From Raja brachyura (Eukaryota), in NCBI GenBank assembly GCA_963514005.1, contig OY740802.1, forward strand, positions 24,552,001 through 24,616,000: DNA of 64,000 bases. Direction: 5' to 3'. Below are positions 62,621-64,000 of this stretch, piece by piece. The translations under genes and the position numbers were made by a program. Numbering within the stretch: position 1 is the stretch's first letter; every line of letters starts with the position of its first letter. The notes beneath the pieces were generated by a model that saw only the letters and a list, made by a program, of their open reading frames with translations, searched no databases and was not told where the DNA came from.

Positions 62621-64000
62621 TTTGAAATCGTATATATAAATTGTGGCAATTTTACCATAATTGACAAGTCCTACCAAAATAATTACTCTTTAATCTATCT
62701 GTTTAGGAAGGAAATTGATTGAAAGACAAGACTAACTTTTTGTTTTGCTTTGAATAACTATTTGATCACATCCTCACAACTGTTGGAATAACCAAATGCA
62801 GAAAAGAAAATTCTGATTCTCCTCTGCTGCACACCAAGATTCGCCAGGACTGGCTGCTGAGCTCCTGCACTAGATTCAAATGTACAAACTTCACAGGGGC
62901 AATGTCTGCTAATTAACCGTAGAATTTAAATAGAATTACGTCTGTAATTTTTCAATAATGGCATCAAAAACTGATGTTTGACAGTTGCTGGGTTTTTATT
63001 TTCAAATTATTTCTCCCAAACCAAGAATTTACCTTCACCTAATAATATGCAATGTCCATATACGTTGTGGCTTCCAGTTCAATTATTTTTGCATTTTGTG
63101 TTCCAAATACATGCTTTTTTTTTCAACTTTAACTGATTTACAATGAGTCAATGCAGCAGGACCAGGTAGGTTCCAACCTCCTGTTAAGTAAACAAAAAAT
63201 TCAGAAGAGTTAATTTCAACTGAATCCCTGGTTGAGGCAGTATAGGTGTTGGACATCAAAAAACTGACGCCAGTGTTTTTTTTTAGTTCTTAATAGCCAC
63301 ACTTTATGGTGAGTTGCAACTAAGACGATTCCATTCCCCAGGGTATTTTAGACAGTTTCTGATAGAGGGGAAGATTGATTTTTTTTTTTAATGACAAGTC
63401 CAAAATGTGTTTTGAGTGAAGGGTGAGCAGTATCGGAGTCTGAATGTGGTTTACTGCTTTGGCGAAGGAGGTGGGTCAGGATTGTTCTGCCTTGGCGGAC
63501 CTCTGGGTTTACAAATTAATATTAAAATGGCAGTTATCAGTTTAAACAAAGGCTTTGGCAAGTAAGCATCCAGGCAGTTCTAGTGTGCATGGCAGCGCCC
63601 TCCGTTCTGTCTGTGCGTTGTGGAATTCGCATGGGAATCCCATCCACAGCCTCTTATTCAACTGCCCCCACCCCAAACCGCAAAACAAGTATCTTTCAAT
63701 CAATCTTTTTTTTTCAACTTCCATTCCCAACATTATCCAGTTTTGTTTTTATCTCCCATGATTTGTTCCTCAATGTAAAGCATTGAAACATTTCGCTCCA
63801 TCCAAGTGCTGAAACCACCAAGAGGTTTTTAATTGAAAAGCAGCTGAAGTAGATTCAATGACAATTGAATGACAATGCGTGAACCAGACTCGTGGGCCAG
63901 GATCGACGAGAGCAGGATAATTGGCTCGTTCACACCTTCCTCGCCCTGTCTGATTCTGAAGTCGCTTCACCTGGTGCCACGGGGTATTTTGGTCAAGACA

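Noticed and set aside
55714-64000. Large terminal DIDO3 exon
   Set aside because: No long + strand ORF or matching sequence; it presumably lies beyond the window rather than being lost.

Overview
Vertebrate nuclear genomic DNA. The repeat content (HE1/V-SINE-like SINEs, CR1 tails, a ~90-bp Penelope-derived repeat) suggests a cartilaginous fish, probably a skate or ray; this is an inference. The whole window lies inside one + strand gene, DIDO1 (death inducer-obliterator 1). I can place 14 exons with good support plus one probable upstream exon, all with GT-AG junctions in compatible phases. They encode the N-terminal region, PHD finger, TFIIS-central domain and SPOC domain. The start codon appears to lie upstream of the window, and the large DIDO3-type terminal exon lies downstream. 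Introns hold CR1, Rex/Babar-like and Penelope retroelement fragments, tRNA-derived SINEs, two Tc1 elements, four PIF/Harbinger elements sharing one TIR, and a 376-N assembly gap. The points most worth checking are: two compensating frameshifts with an in-frame stop in the first large exon; read-through tails at the same two donors that give the short mammalian DIDO1/DIDO2 isoforms; many Penelope-derived minimal hammerhead-ribozyme motifs, some with target-site duplications or fold-back structure; an internally deleted Harbinger that keeps pieces of both genes; and a 51-bp direct repeat bracketing one exon. I found no prokaryotic-type system (CRISPR, operon) and nothing I can claim is a wholly new biological system. 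All homology statements come from my recollection of the families, not from a database search.
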